IMG/VR virus record: IMGVR_UViG_3300029922_000031
Span: 32,001-96,000 of that record
Direction: 5' to 3' (one strand)
DNA: 64,000 nucleotides
Origin: a virus
Below the pieces are notes generated by a model. It was given only the letters and a program-made list of their open reading frames with translations. It searched no databases and was not told where the DNA came from. Position 1 is the first letter of the stretch. Every line of letters begins with the position of its first letter. The position numbers were made by a program, and so were the translations under genes. Below are positions 17,825 to 27,068 of the stretch, in pieces.

Positions 17825-18427
17825 TTATGTAGAAGCTTTGATGGCCGCATTAAGCGCGGCAGTCAGATCACCCGTTGCGGCCGCGCTCGGCGTTTCTGCG
17901 GCGGGCTCCGCCGGAGGCGGTGACGAAAAGATGCCGCGTGAAATCTTCTTGCCTTGCTTGGCTTCCGGCGGGTACTCGGGAATTTCGCGATAGCCAATGT
18001 CTTCGAGAGTAGCGATCTCGAGACCCTTGAATTTATCGAAGCCCTTGAGCCCGTTGCAGGCGCGAATGCGATCGAGATGTTGCGGCAGAATACCGGGGTA
18101 GTTCGTTATCGTCGTCTCCGGGACGACGATGGGCGCGATCGCTCGCAGCACCTTATCGGAAAGACGGCCGAGCTTCGGCGTAGTCGAGAAATAGGGATCG
18201 ACGCCGGCGTCCGGGTCGAGCTCCTTAAACACAGCGCCCATCGGGCACTTGGAGGCGGACATGCACGCCTGACAGCCCTTGCGAACCTCTGGCCCCTGCC
18301 CTCGCCAGACCATATCGCGAAGCTTGTTACACTCGCGCATTTCGACCTCGGCCCCGAAGATCGGGCAGACGAAGCGAAAGCGATTCTCGGCGCTGAGCGA
18401 CTTGCAGGGCGTCATTGATATCGTCAT
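17825..18427 (-). CDS. Hypothetical Cys-rich protein
   Basis: CPIF...C...GCQACMSASKCP; TGATG coupling. Confidence 0.75.
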   Translation of the reverse strand: MTISMTPCKSLSAENRFRFVCPIFGAEVEMRECNKLRDMVWRGQGPEVRKGCQACMSASKCPMGAVFKELDPDAGVDPYFSTTPKLGRLSDKVLRAIAPIVVPETTITNYPGILPQHLDRIRACNGLKGFDKFKGLEIATLEDIGYREIPEYPPEAKQGKKISRGIFSSPPPAEPAAETPSAAATGDLTAALNAAIKAST

Positions 18428-19122
18428 CAGAAAGCTCCATAGTTCGGGTTTGCTTCAGTCCGCTTCTGCGGCGGCGCAAGAACTGAAAGTATATGATCGT
18501 ATTGCGCGGACACTGACCCACAATTGATCAAGTCAATGTCTGCGATCTTGAATTTCTGTTGCGTGCTTATATTAACAAAGATCAAGCATTGATCAAATGG
18601 GCGTCGATAGTATTCAAACTTACCATCGTGAAAAGCACCGCCGAGCATGTCGTCTATGCTGAGATAGCTTGCGTGCGCCGCTGGCTCTTTGACTTTGGGA
18701 GCAACTGGCGGCGTGTGACTCCGCGGCTCGACTGAACTTGAGATTATCTCGAACGCGCGTTGCGCGACCTTGTCGTAAAGCCCGGCCATCATTGCCGCAG
18801 AGCATCGCTCCTGCTCCTCTTTATTGATCGACCCGACGATCTTGCGACCTACGAAAGCGCCATCGCGATCCGTTATCTCCGCCCACAATTGAGTGGCGTC
18901 GGTCGCGTAATCCTGAAACGTCGTGAGATTGCAGTCGCCGCCGGTGGGCGAATGCGCGGTACACTTTGGCGGACCCGCGACGACATGGGCGGGCATGACA
19001 GAGCCCGTCCCATAGATCTCCTTCACGAACGGTTTGACGTCGATCCCGAAGCCATTTTCGGAGAGCAACTGCAACGTTCTGGAGAGAAGCTCGCTGCCAG
19101 TGTCGAGCGTCGCAAGCGCCAT
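18427..19122 (-). CDS. Hypothetical protein ending NPNYGAF
   Basis: ATG 19122 overlaps the upstream TGA. Confidence 0.7.
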   Translation of the reverse strand: MALATLDTGSELLSRTLQLLSENGFGIDVKPFVKEIYGTGSVMPAHVVAGPPKCTAHSPTGGDCNLTTFQDYATDATQLWAEITDRDGAFVGRKIVGSINKEEQERCSAAMMAGLYDKVAQRAFEIISSSVEPRSHTPPVAPKVKEPAAHASYLSIDDMLGGAFHDGKFEYYRRPFDQCLIFVNISTQQKFKIADIDLINCGSVSAQYDHILSVLAPPQKRTEANPNYGAF

Positions 19123-19703
19123 CAGAACGAGCCCCAATTGGGGTTGCGCGCCAGATGATCAATCACCGGCTCGGGCTTCTTTGGCGTCTCGGCGGACCTT
19201 GTTCTCGTGCCGATTGGGCGATCATCGACGACGGGCGACAGCTCGAATTTCATGTTGAAGAGGTGCTCGAGCGGGCTCTGGCTAGACTCGGAGCTTTCAC
19301 CCTCGGTCAGTTTGTCCATGAACGCACCGATCTCGTGTTCCAGATCAGACCTAGTGGCGCAGACTCGCTCGATTCCGTAGCTGAGCGATGAGGATCTGAT
19401 CCCGCCGCCGGTGGCATCCGAGTAGTCTCGACTCTGTTTTTCCGAAATCTTCGTGTTGCCTTCATCGAAGGCGTAGCCTACGCTTACCTTCTTCGTGCAG
19501 GTGATGATGGGCTTGCGCGCGCCGATTTTGCCCCACTTGAATAGTAGAAGCGCCGGCGCGATCGGCTGCTTGTACTTCGAGATCACAATGACCTCGTAGT
19601 CCTTGGTGCCGCCGATGTGCTTCAGATAGGTCCGCGTGACCAGGATCGGGAACGGGAACTTGTCGCTCATAAGGTGTCGCCGCCTCGCTGCTTCGTCAGT
19701 CAT
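19122..19703 (-). CDS. WGR-domain-like protein ending NPNWGSF (start 19703 leaderless, or 19670)
   Basis: KDYEV...LFKWGKIGA...KISEKQSRDY. Confidence 0.65.
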   Translation of the reverse strand: MTDEAARRRHLMSDKFPFPILVTRTYLKHIGGTKDYEVIVISKYKQPIAPALLLFKWGKIGARKPIITCTKKVSVGYAFDEGNTKISEKQSRDYSDATGGGIRSSSLSYGIERVCATRSDLEHEIGAFMDKLTEGESSESSQSPLEHLFNMKFELSPVVDDRPIGTRTRSAETPKKPEPVIDHLARNPNWGSF

Positions 19704-19740
19704 TATTGACTATAGCGACTACGAAGCGGGACGCTCGCGG

Positions 19741-20817
19741 CTATGCGTAGGGATTTCGAATCCGAAATTTTACGTCTAAGAGCGTCGAATATGACTCGGC
19801 CTTCCGGAAGCTCTCGCGCACGACGACGCCCGGCACCTCATTTGGATCCATGTCTTTGGGCAGCCGGGCGATGCGAACCCGCAGACCGAGACGCTGGAGC
19901 ATCTTTGCGGCGTCGAGGGCAGCGATTAGGGCGGCAGACTCGCCGTCCCACATCAGGGTTACTTCCTCGAGCCCGGCCGCCTTGAGCCGCAGGAAGCGAC
20001 CGAGCTGATCGTTGCCCGATGGATCGCCGTAGGAGAGGTGCTTGCCGAACGACCCGACGCACACGACACTGCGAAGATCGACCTCTTCGTCGAAGGCCAT
20101 TTTGGTGGCGATCACGTCGAAGGCGCCCTCTCCCATGCAGACGCGCTTCACACCGACGGCGTTCTGACCGTTGAAGAGATAGCGGCCGGTGCCGGGCAGG
20201 CCCTTGGGGAAGAGGTACTTGCTCTCCGAGTTGCCGGTGATGTCGCGGCCCTGGAAGGTGACGAACTCGCCGTCGAGATCGTAGACGGGGATGATAACCC
20301 GCATGTCGAACTTCTGGCCGCCTTTGGAGCCGTCTTCCTTCTTGAAGTTCCACCAGCCGGTCTCACAGAAGCGCAGATGGAAATGCTTGGCCATTTCGAC
20401 CGTGCAGCCGCGCTCCTCGAGATAGAGCAGGTTCTGACCGTCAGACGTCGGCAGCTCGAACGAGTTCGGGAATTCCGCCTTCTCGTTCTCGACCGCCGCG
20501 GTCGTTAGGCGGCGCGGGCGCCAGCCCTGCTCACGTAGCGCGGTGCGCGCGTGTTCGAATGTCTCCCGCCAGGAGCCGCCGAGGTGTTCGTGAATGAATT
20601 TGAGCTTGTTGAAGCCCTCGCCGCAGGAGAAGCAGTTGCCAATGCCGGTGTCGGCATTCAAATATATTTTCCAACGGCGCTTTCCACACGTTGGGCATTC
20701 GTGCAGTTGAAGCTGGCGGCCGCTGCGCCCGTGAACTGACTTAAAGGCGATGCCTTCGTTCTCGAGATAGGTCTCCAGATCGAGAACCTCCGTGATCTCG
20801 TCAGCGTCGTCTTTCAC
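19741..20817 (-). CDS. DNA primase (zinc finger + TOPRIM)
   Basis: CPTC...CFSC, FQGR, GEGAFD, MWDGE, DPNE. Confidence 0.92.
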   Translation of the reverse strand: MKDDADEITEVLDLETYLENEGIAFKSVHGRSGRQLQLHECPTCGKRRWKIYLNADTGIGNCFSCGEGFNKLKFIHEHLGGSWRETFEHARTALREQGWRPRRLTTAAVENEKAEFPNSFELPTSDGQNLLYLEERGCTVEMAKHFHLRFCETGWWNFKKEDGSKGGQKFDMRVIIPVYDLDGEFVTFQGRDITGNSESKYLFPKGLPGTGRYLFNGQNAVGVKRVCMGEGAFDVIATKMAFDEEVDLRSVVCVGSFGKHLSYGDPSGNDQLGRFLRLKAAGLEEVTLMWDGESAALIAALDAAKMLQRLGLRVRIARLPKDMDPNEVPGVVVRESFRKAESYSTLLDVKFRIRNPYA

Positions 20818-21017
20818 TGGTGAAACTCGAGGAAAGCCAGGCGCTTCTGCCGATCCAGCTTACGCTCAACGGCGTCGAGATAGTCGTCGACCTCGGGTGA
20901 AACGACGGTGGCGGGGACTGCTCGCATGGACCGGCGCCAATTGCGCGGCTCGAACCGAAGCTCGGTCTCTTTGTCGCCGACCTCGATCGCCAGTTGAATC
21001 GCGTGTGTTGCGATCAA
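20814..21017 (-). CDS. Small hypothetical protein
   Basis: Start and stop overlap both neighbours. Confidence 0.6.
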   Translation of the reverse strand: MIATHAIQLAIEVGDKETELRFEPRNWRRSMRAVPATVVSPEVDDYLDAVERKLDRQKRLAFLEFHQ

Positions 21018-22375
21018 TGGGGCAACTCCTTCCCGATAACTCCTTTGAGAAATTGCATTTTTGATCTGTCAGATTTTATTCTAAGGATGAAGCCGTCCTC
21101 GCTGTTTCGCGCGGCCGCAAAGAACAGGCGACACTCGCCGGCTAGGCGCTCAGGCTCGGTCGAGTTGATGGAGATGACAACGTCGGCGGTGCGAATCTTG
21201 TTCAGATCCTCGGCGACGTCGGTCATCCTGGCGACGGACGCCTTGGCGCCTTCGCGGTTGGTCTGCGTAGCAGTGAGAACGGCGGCGTTGTAGTCGAAGG
21301 CGATCGCGCGCAGATCGATGAAGATCGTCCGGAGATTCTCGCGCTCGACGTCTGAGCGGTTCTCCGGAGCCATGATGTCGCCGTAGTCGGTGATGATCAG
21401 GTCGAAGATGATGCCGCGGGCTCGGTGGCGATCCAGAACGCGCCGAACTTCCGAGCATTTGAGCGAGCCGGAGGCATACTCCTCGATGATATATTGCCCT
21501 GCCCGCTTCTGCGCGGCTTCGACCGCCTCCTGCACCTTGAACGGGTTCGTGCCGACCAGCTTGATCAGCATGTCGGAGACGCTGGCGTCGACGCGATCGG
21601 CGATGATCTTGGCGCCCACCTCGCACGAGAAATAGATGACGTTCTTGCCGCCCAGCGCCGCCTGTTTGCCGAAGTCGCCAAGCGACATCGACTTACCGCC
21701 CTTGGGCGGCCCCATCATCACCGAGAGCTCTTTGCGGCCCCAGCCGTGGTGGTAGAGAAGCTTATCGAACTCCTCAATCCCGGTCGGGATGCCGTCGCGC
21801 ACGCGAACACCAGACAGAAGGTCTTTGCGTTCGGTAGTGCGGTGCTCGATCTCGGCCCAATAGTCGTAGCTGTTGCCCTCCTGCCCGGCGCCGACCATCA
21901 GCGCCTCGGACATGAGCTTCTGAATCTTGCCGTATTCCTTTTTGCTGACCAGCTCGGCCGAGGTGAGAATCGCCTTCTCGACCGCGCGATTGCGGGCGAA
22001 GTCGGAGATCTCCGCGATGACCATTTCGCGGTCGCCGATCGGCGTGACGACCAGCTTCTTGAGCTGAATGACAACCTCCGGCAGAAGGTCGGAGCGAATC
22101 TTCTTGGCTTCGAATGCGCGCTTGACGACGTGCGCGAGCGCCGAGCCGGGCGCCTCCTTGAAGCGAGTGAAGTGGTCCAAGCCGACCGCGACCAACGAAG
22201 CGTTGATTTCGCTGTCGAAATACTCGGGCTTGATCAGACCGTAGGTTCGAACCGCAAACGAAGTGTCGCGCAGAAGCAGCGCGACGATCTTCGATTGGAT
22301 GCTCTCGCCGAAGTCGTAGCCCGGCTCCGAGGGGTCTTCCTCGGGTGCGATAGCTGTCGCCGCGGTCACGGTCAT
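21014..22375 (-). CDS. Replicative DnaB/gp41-like helicase
   Basis: GPPKGGKS, FSCE, ITDYGD, TATQTNREG, ARNS. Confidence 0.93.
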   Translation of the reverse strand: MTVTAATAIAPEEDPSEPGYDFGESIQSKIVALLLRDTSFAVRTYGLIKPEYFDSEINASLVAVGLDHFTRFKEAPGSALAHVVKRAFEAKKIRSDLLPEVVIQLKKLVVTPIGDREMVIAEISDFARNRAVEKAILTSAELVSKKEYGKIQKLMSEALMVGAGQEGNSYDYWAEIEHRTTERKDLLSGVRVRDGIPTGIEEFDKLLYHHGWGRKELSVMMGPPKGGKSMSLGDFGKQAALGGKNVIYFSCEVGAKIIADRVDASVSDMLIKLVGTNPFKVQEAVEAAQKRAGQYIIEEYASGSLKCSEVRRVLDRHRARGIIFDLIITDYGDIMAPENRSDVERENLRTIFIDLRAIAFDYNAAVLTATQTNREGAKASVARMTDVAEDLNKIRTADVVISINSTEPERLAGECRLFFAAARNSEDGFILRIKSDRSKMQFLKGVIGKELPH

Positions 22376-22650
22376 TCCTTCGCGAGCGTGAAGCTCTCCA
22401 GAGTGTGCTTGAAAACAATCAGCGTTGATTGATCTTCGAAGACAAGCTTAAGGGCGTACTTGTCCGCCTCAAGAAGGAGTGCGGTTATCATGCCGCCGTC
22501 GTTGCCAGCGACAGTGATCATCTTGCCCCTCATGGAGGCCAGCTCGTCGTCGTGCGACCAGCTCTTTGGCTTCGGCATCGACGCCTTACGTCTTAAGCGA
22601 TCGGCGGAAAAAGTCTCACGGGCCTTGTAAACCTGCGGGGCGTTGCTCAT
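22372..22650 (-). CDS. hfq: Hfq-like (Sm-fold) RNA chaperone
   Basis: HDDELASMRGKMITV...DGGMITALLLEADKYALKL...LIVFKHTLESF aligns with the Hfq Sm1/Sm2 motifs (FDQFVILL...MVYKHAISTV). Confidence 0.7.
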   Translation of the reverse strand: MSNAPQVYKARETFSADRLRRKASMPKPKSWSHDDELASMRGKMITVAGNDGGMITALLLEADKYALKLVFEDQSTLIVFKHTLESFTLAKE

Positions 22651-22704
22651 CCGTAACTCTCTGTTTCGTGTGATGAATTTATAGCAGACGCAAAGCGGCT
22701 TACG

Positions 22705-23406
22705 TTAGGCCGCCTCGAGAATTCTTTGCGAGACCTCGTGGCCGAACCGGGCCTCGATCTTGGCGATCGGGAGAAGATCACCGTCAAACATGCCCTTGAG
22801 AGACATGAAGGAGTTGCTTCGCTTGGTCGCCTGGTTCATCAGCCACTCGTGGTGGTCGTCCTGCGCCGGCGTGCCGACGTAGTGCTGAACCCGGAAGCTG
22901 TAGTGGTCGCCAACGTGCAGAAAGCCCTGCTGATGATCCTCCCATTTTTTCTGGACGAACTCACAGACCTCGCCGGAGTAGAGCTGGGCGGGCCGCGGCA
23001 GATGCGGGCGCTTCCAGAATCGAAGGCACGCCTCCATCGCGAAGTCGATGTAGAGATCGTAAGGGATTCCCATCGCGTCGGCGTGTTGCCGGCCGCGCCA
23101 GATCGCTGAGATCAGCGCCTGCGGGCATTCGAACAGATCGTCCCTCTTGAGTGGTCGAACGGCTTCGGCGCCTCTGTAGTCGATCGTCTTACGAAAGAAG
23201 CGCCGATAGACCTTCTTGAACTCGTGGGCATAGAGATAGGTCGCCTTGACGGGGTTGAGATAGCGATAGTCGAACCACTTCGAGGTGAAGAGGTCGCACT
23301 CGTAATCGCGCCAGTCCTTTCGGACAAACCGAAACATGGCCTCGTCGCACTCCTCGTCCGACAGCGCCATGCCGATGATTTCTTCATTGCTTGCTGCGTC
23401 GCTCAT
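22705..23406 (-). CDS. Hypothetical phage protein (aromatic-rich), probably leaderless
   Basis: KWFDYR; TATAAT lies 7 nt before the ATG. Confidence 0.8.
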   Translation of the reverse strand: MSDAASNEEIIGMALSDEECDEAMFRFVRKDWRDYECDLFTSKWFDYRYLNPVKATYLYAHEFKKVYRRFFRKTIDYRGAEAVRPLKRDDLFECPQALISAIWRGRQHADAMGIPYDLYIDFAMEACLRFWKRPHLPRPAQLYSGEVCEFVQKKWEDHQQGFLHVGDHYSFRVQHYVGTPAQDDHHEWLMNQATKRSNSFMSLKGMFDGDLLPIAKIEARFGHEVSQRILEAA

Positions 23407-23435
23407 GTCATTGATTATAGCGCGCAGAGCGACGG

Positions 23436-24233
23436 TCAGACGCTGAGAATGCGCTTTAATCCGTCGAACGCCTCGCTCGGCGCGGCGTCGTCGTCTTCAT
23501 AAGCGAGCACAATCGTCTTGCACACCCCTGACCGAACAATATCGTCGGTTGTGAAATGAACATGACCGAATTGATGCTTGTTGGCGAAGCGACGAACGGC
23601 GTCGGCCAGGCCCGAGCTGCCGTCAATGTCCTTCTGCTTCATGTCGCCGTTGATGACGACCTTGCAGTGCTGACCGACGCGGGTCAGGAACATCTTCATC
23701 TGAACCGGCGTGGAGTTCTGCGCCTCGTCGAAAATGACGAACGCGTTTTTGAGGGACGCGCCGCGGAGAAACGCGAGCGGCCGCGCCTCAATGACGCCGG
23801 ACTTCAAGAGATATTCTAGGTGGCCGCTGCCGAGGCACTCTTCGAGAGCGTCGCGAACCGGGCGCAGATATGGCTCAAACTTCTCGTCAAGCTCACCGGG
23901 CAAAAAGCCCATCGACTCGCCGGCCTCGACCATCGGCCGAGTGACGATCAGCTTTTCGATCCGATCTTCCTTCAGCTCTTGCGCGGCGAGCGTCACGGCG
24001 TAAAACGTCTTGCCTGTGCCGGCCGGGCCAGTACCGAAGGTGATGATATTGGATCGAATTGATTGATCGTATAGACGTTGATTGTCCGTGAGCGGCTTAA
24101 GAATAGTGCGGGTTGGTTTGACGAGTTCCCGAAGCTGTTCTTCCTTTACGACGGCCAGAAGATTGTCATTGTTGCGTCGTTTACTTCCGCGTCTCTCGGC
24201 TCTATTGCCGGCGCGCGATCGGGAAGAACCCAT
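23436..24233 (-). CDS. phoH: PhoH family ATPase
   Basis: GPAGTGKT, GFLPG, FLRG, DEAQN, GDMKQKD, DIVRSG. Confidence 0.95.
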   Translation of the reverse strand: MGSSRSRAGNRAERRGSKRRNNDNLLAVVKEEQLRELVKPTRTILKPLTDNQRLYDQSIRSNIITFGTGPAGTGKTFYAVTLAAQELKEDRIEKLIVTRPMVEAGESMGFLPGELDEKFEPYLRPVRDALEECLGSGHLEYLLKSGVIEARPLAFLRGASLKNAFVIFDEAQNSTPVQMKMFLTRVGQHCKVVINGDMKQKDIDGSSGLADAVRRFANKHQFGHVHFTTDDIVRSGVCKTIVLAYEDDDAAPSEAFDGLKRILSV

Positions 24234-24331
24234 TACAGTGCCTCGTTCGAAAGGTAGGGGTCTCTTTATTCCAAAAGCTTAGAGCATAAATCAGGAATGA
24301 TCTACTCTTGTTTTTGAAAAATTCCTCCCGC

Positions 24332-25420
24332 TTACATTTCGTACCAGCCCTTCCCCCACAGCAGCAGCAGACGCTCAAAGTACGCCTCGTATTTGGCGCC
24401 GATGACGGCGTGCGAATAGCGATCGATGACGTGGTTCTGAATTTTGAGCGGCGTTAGCGATCGAGCTTTGATCGCCGCGTCGCAGAATTCCTTGAACGTG
24501 CGGCAGCGAAAGCCGGTGACGCCGTCGATAACGGTCTCGGTGAACGCGCCCCAGTCGCTGGTGATGACTGGCGTGCCGCAGGCCATCGCTTCGATCGCGA
24601 CGTTGCCGAAGGGCTCGATATAGATCGTAGGAACGAACACGGCCGTCGCCTCACTCATGAGCTTGCCGCGCTCTTCCGGGCCGACGACACCGACGTATTC
24701 GACTTCGGGCGACCAGACGAGACCGGCCTCTTTGGCGCCAGGGCCTGCAATCACGAGTCGCTTGCCGAGCCTCTGGCAGACCTCGATCGCGATCTTGTAG
24801 CCCTTGCGATCGATCAGCCGGCCGACGAAGAGGTAGTAGTCCTTCTTCTTGCGAGTCGCCGCAGATCCCAGAGGAAACATGGCCGGATCGAGATAGCCGG
24901 GAATGACGGCCTCGAACCATTCGCCGTTGGCGTTCTGCGGATTGCCGTGCGTCGCGGCGCCGTAGCAGGTGTGCATCCAGGCGTAGCTCTCCCACACCCG
25001 ATATTTCGAGAACGTCCCGCCGTAGCCAATGCCAAACTCGACGGTCATGAACTCGGGGAAAGCGTCGGCGATCGCCTTGTGCGGGTAGCCGCCGATCACG
25101 CAGATGAAGTCCTTGGGGAGCGCACGCCTACGAATCTCGGTGATCGCGTTGGCGTTAAAGAGACGCCAATGAGCGTCGTTGGGGTCGAAGCTGGCGCTGA
25201 CGTAGTGCTTGTCGCCGACTGCGGCCGCTCGAACGATTTCCGAGATACAGGGGATGTGTTCGGTGCAGGGCGCCTCGTTCTGTTCGCCGGCGTAGAGAAA
25301 GACCTCATGACCGCGCGCCATCATCATCTTGCAGAAGCCGATGACCTTCGCCGTGTAGGCGCAGGTTGAAAACTCGGCGACCGTGTTCGTGTGGGGTAAA
25401 CTGACAACGTGGAAGCGCAT
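24332..25420 (-). CDS. GT-B (GT4-like) glycosyltransferase
   Basis: FVGRLIDRKG, EPFGNVAIEAMACGTPVI, ETVIDGVTGF. Confidence 0.93.
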   Translation of the reverse strand: MRFHVVSLPHTNTVAEFSTCAYTAKVIGFCKMMMARGHEVFLYAGEQNEAPCTEHIPCISEIVRAAAVGDKHYVSASFDPNDAHWRLFNANAITEIRRRALPKDFICVIGGYPHKAIADAFPEFMTVEFGIGYGGTFSKYRVWESYAWMHTCYGAATHGNPQNANGEWFEAVIPGYLDPAMFPLGSAATRKKKDYYLFVGRLIDRKGYKIAIEVCQRLGKRLVIAGPGAKEAGLVWSPEVEYVGVVGPEERGKLMSEATAVFVPTIYIEPFGNVAIEAMACGTPVITSDWGAFTETVIDGVTGFRCRTFKEFCDAAIKARSLTPLKIQNHVIDRYSHAVIGAKYEAYFERLLLLWGKGWYEM

Positions 25421-25486
25421 GTCCCTGCCCTGAATCAATCATCACTGACTGATGTTATAGCGCACAGAGAGCCCCGTGTAGAGCGA

Positions 25487-26044
25487 TCAGTAGTTGGCCA
25501 CAAGCGCGAGCACGGCGGCTGAGCACGCCGGCCAGTGCGAGTCATCGGCATAGGTCGCGTCGGCAGCGGTGATGAGCGCTCGGCACGCGGCGACCGTCGA
25601 GGCGATCCACCCGACGGCAGTCTGATACGTAGTCATGTCGGCGGCACTGAGAAGCCCCGCCGCCGCGTTTCCGATCATGTTCTGCTGAGTAGTTGCGGAA
25701 GCGACGGCGTAGATGCGCCGAGAGCATTCGGCATTGATGGTGTTGGCGAGAACGTTGGGGTCGAACTGCTGTCCATAGACGACCGTCTTGATAGTCTGCG
25801 TGCCATCGAACGTGATGGTCACACCCGTCGGTGTGTACCAGGGCGCGGGTGGTGCATCGACGAGCTGGCGCAGCACCAGCTTGCTGCCATCGGCCAACAC
25901 CTGACCGAGCGCGGCGCAGTGAACGAAGTCGCCGTTCGAGAGCTTGATGACGTCGGGGATGCTGGGGAATTGACCCGCTGTATCGCCGAAGAACTGTAGC
26001 TCTTTGCCCGTGGCGTCGACGAGCGAGTAGCCAATCTGTTGCAT
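25487..26044 (-). CDS. Tail fibre-associated / assembly protein
   Basis: Follows the Gly-rich fibre gene; ends DDSHWP-like. Confidence 0.6.
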   Translation of the reverse strand: MQQIGYSLVDATGKELQFFGDTAGQFPSIPDVIKLSNGDFVHCAALGQVLADGSKLVLRQLVDAPPAPWYTPTGVTITFDGTQTIKTVVYGQQFDPNVLANTINAECSRRIYAVASATTQQNMIGNAAAGLLSAADMTTYQTAVGWIASTVAACRALITAADATYADDSHWPACSAAVLALVANY

Positions 26045-26045
26045 G

Positions 26046-27068
26046 TCACATCCCAAGCATTGCTAGGTTGAAGCCGAAAGTCGCGCTAATGTAGAAGGTG
26101 TAGCGGACCATGCCCGCCGCGCCGGTGCCGCCCGATCCCGACGCCCAGTTGCCGCCACCCCCGCCGCTAGGGGCCGCCCCGGCGTTCGACGACGTCCCAG
26201 CGTTGCCGCCTGCACCGCCATCTGGAGGGCCGCCCGCACCACCTGTACCAGTGGGAGACGCTGCACCGGCTGTGCCAGCTCCAGTTGGGCCGCCGCCGCC
26301 GCCACCCCCGCCGCCGGGACTGACCTGGCTGGAGTTTCCACCACCATTGCCTCCATTTTTCCCTGTAGCCCCTGTTGGCCCATAAGTGCCACCCGTACCA
26401 CCGACCGTATTGGTGATGGCGTCTCCGCCCGTACCACCCGTTGCATAGAGGCCATTGGCAATTGAAGTTGGCTGCGAGGTAGCTGAGATATTCAGCCACG
26501 AATTTGTTCCGGTCGCGCCAACGTTGATCGATCCAGCGGTCGTGGCGCCGACAGACCAATGAAGCGTACTTCCTGATGTAAAGGAGAGCAGGAGCAGGCC
26601 GGCATAACCACCACCAGCGCCACCCGATCCCGCCTTATTGTGGCCACCGCCTGCCCCGCCGCCAGCGTAAGCTTCAAGCCCGACGGCATATGTGCTGGCC
26701 GGGGCGCTTGCGCTGCCCGCGCCGGTCGCCGTGACGGTCGTCGAGAACTCGTAGGTGACGTCGCCGCCGATGCCTGGCGCCCAGCAGGGCGTCGGCAGAT
26801 CCCACAAGCTCGGCTGCAACGGCAGCGTGCCAGAGCCAAGCGCCTTGAGGAAGCGCTCCGACTGCGCGCGCGTTCGAAAGAAGCCGATCCACGCAGCGTT
26901 CCCGTCAGGGCGACGCGCGATCAGGTAGCGCTGCGGACGAGCAACGCCGTCGAGCGGGCGGGCCACGCGCTCCGAGCGCGCGATCGCCGTCCCTAGCGTT
27001 TCAAGCGCGCGCGCGGCAAGAAGACCAGGCGGTGGCTTGAAGCTGGGATTGTAGTGAGCCAGCATCAT
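26046..27068 (-). CDS. Glycine-rich tail fibre-associated protein
   Basis: GGGAGGG...GGAGGGY repeats; ATGA coupling. Confidence 0.75.
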   Translation of the reverse strand: MMLAHYNPSFKPPPGLLAARALETLGTAIARSERVARPLDGVARPQRYLIARRPDGNAAWIGFFRTRAQSERFLKALGSGTLPLQPSLWDLPTPCWAPGIGGDVTYEFSTTVTATGAGSASAPASTYAVGLEAYAGGGAGGGHNKAGSGGAGGGYAGLLLLSFTSGSTLHWSVGATTAGSINVGATGTNSWLNISATSQPTSIANGLYATGGTGGDAITNTVGGTGGTYGPTGATGKNGGNGGGNSSQVSPGGGGGGGGGPTGAGTAGAASPTGTGGAGGPPDGGAGGNAGTSSNAGAAPSGGGGGNWASGSGGTGAAGMVRYTFYISATFGFNLAMLGM

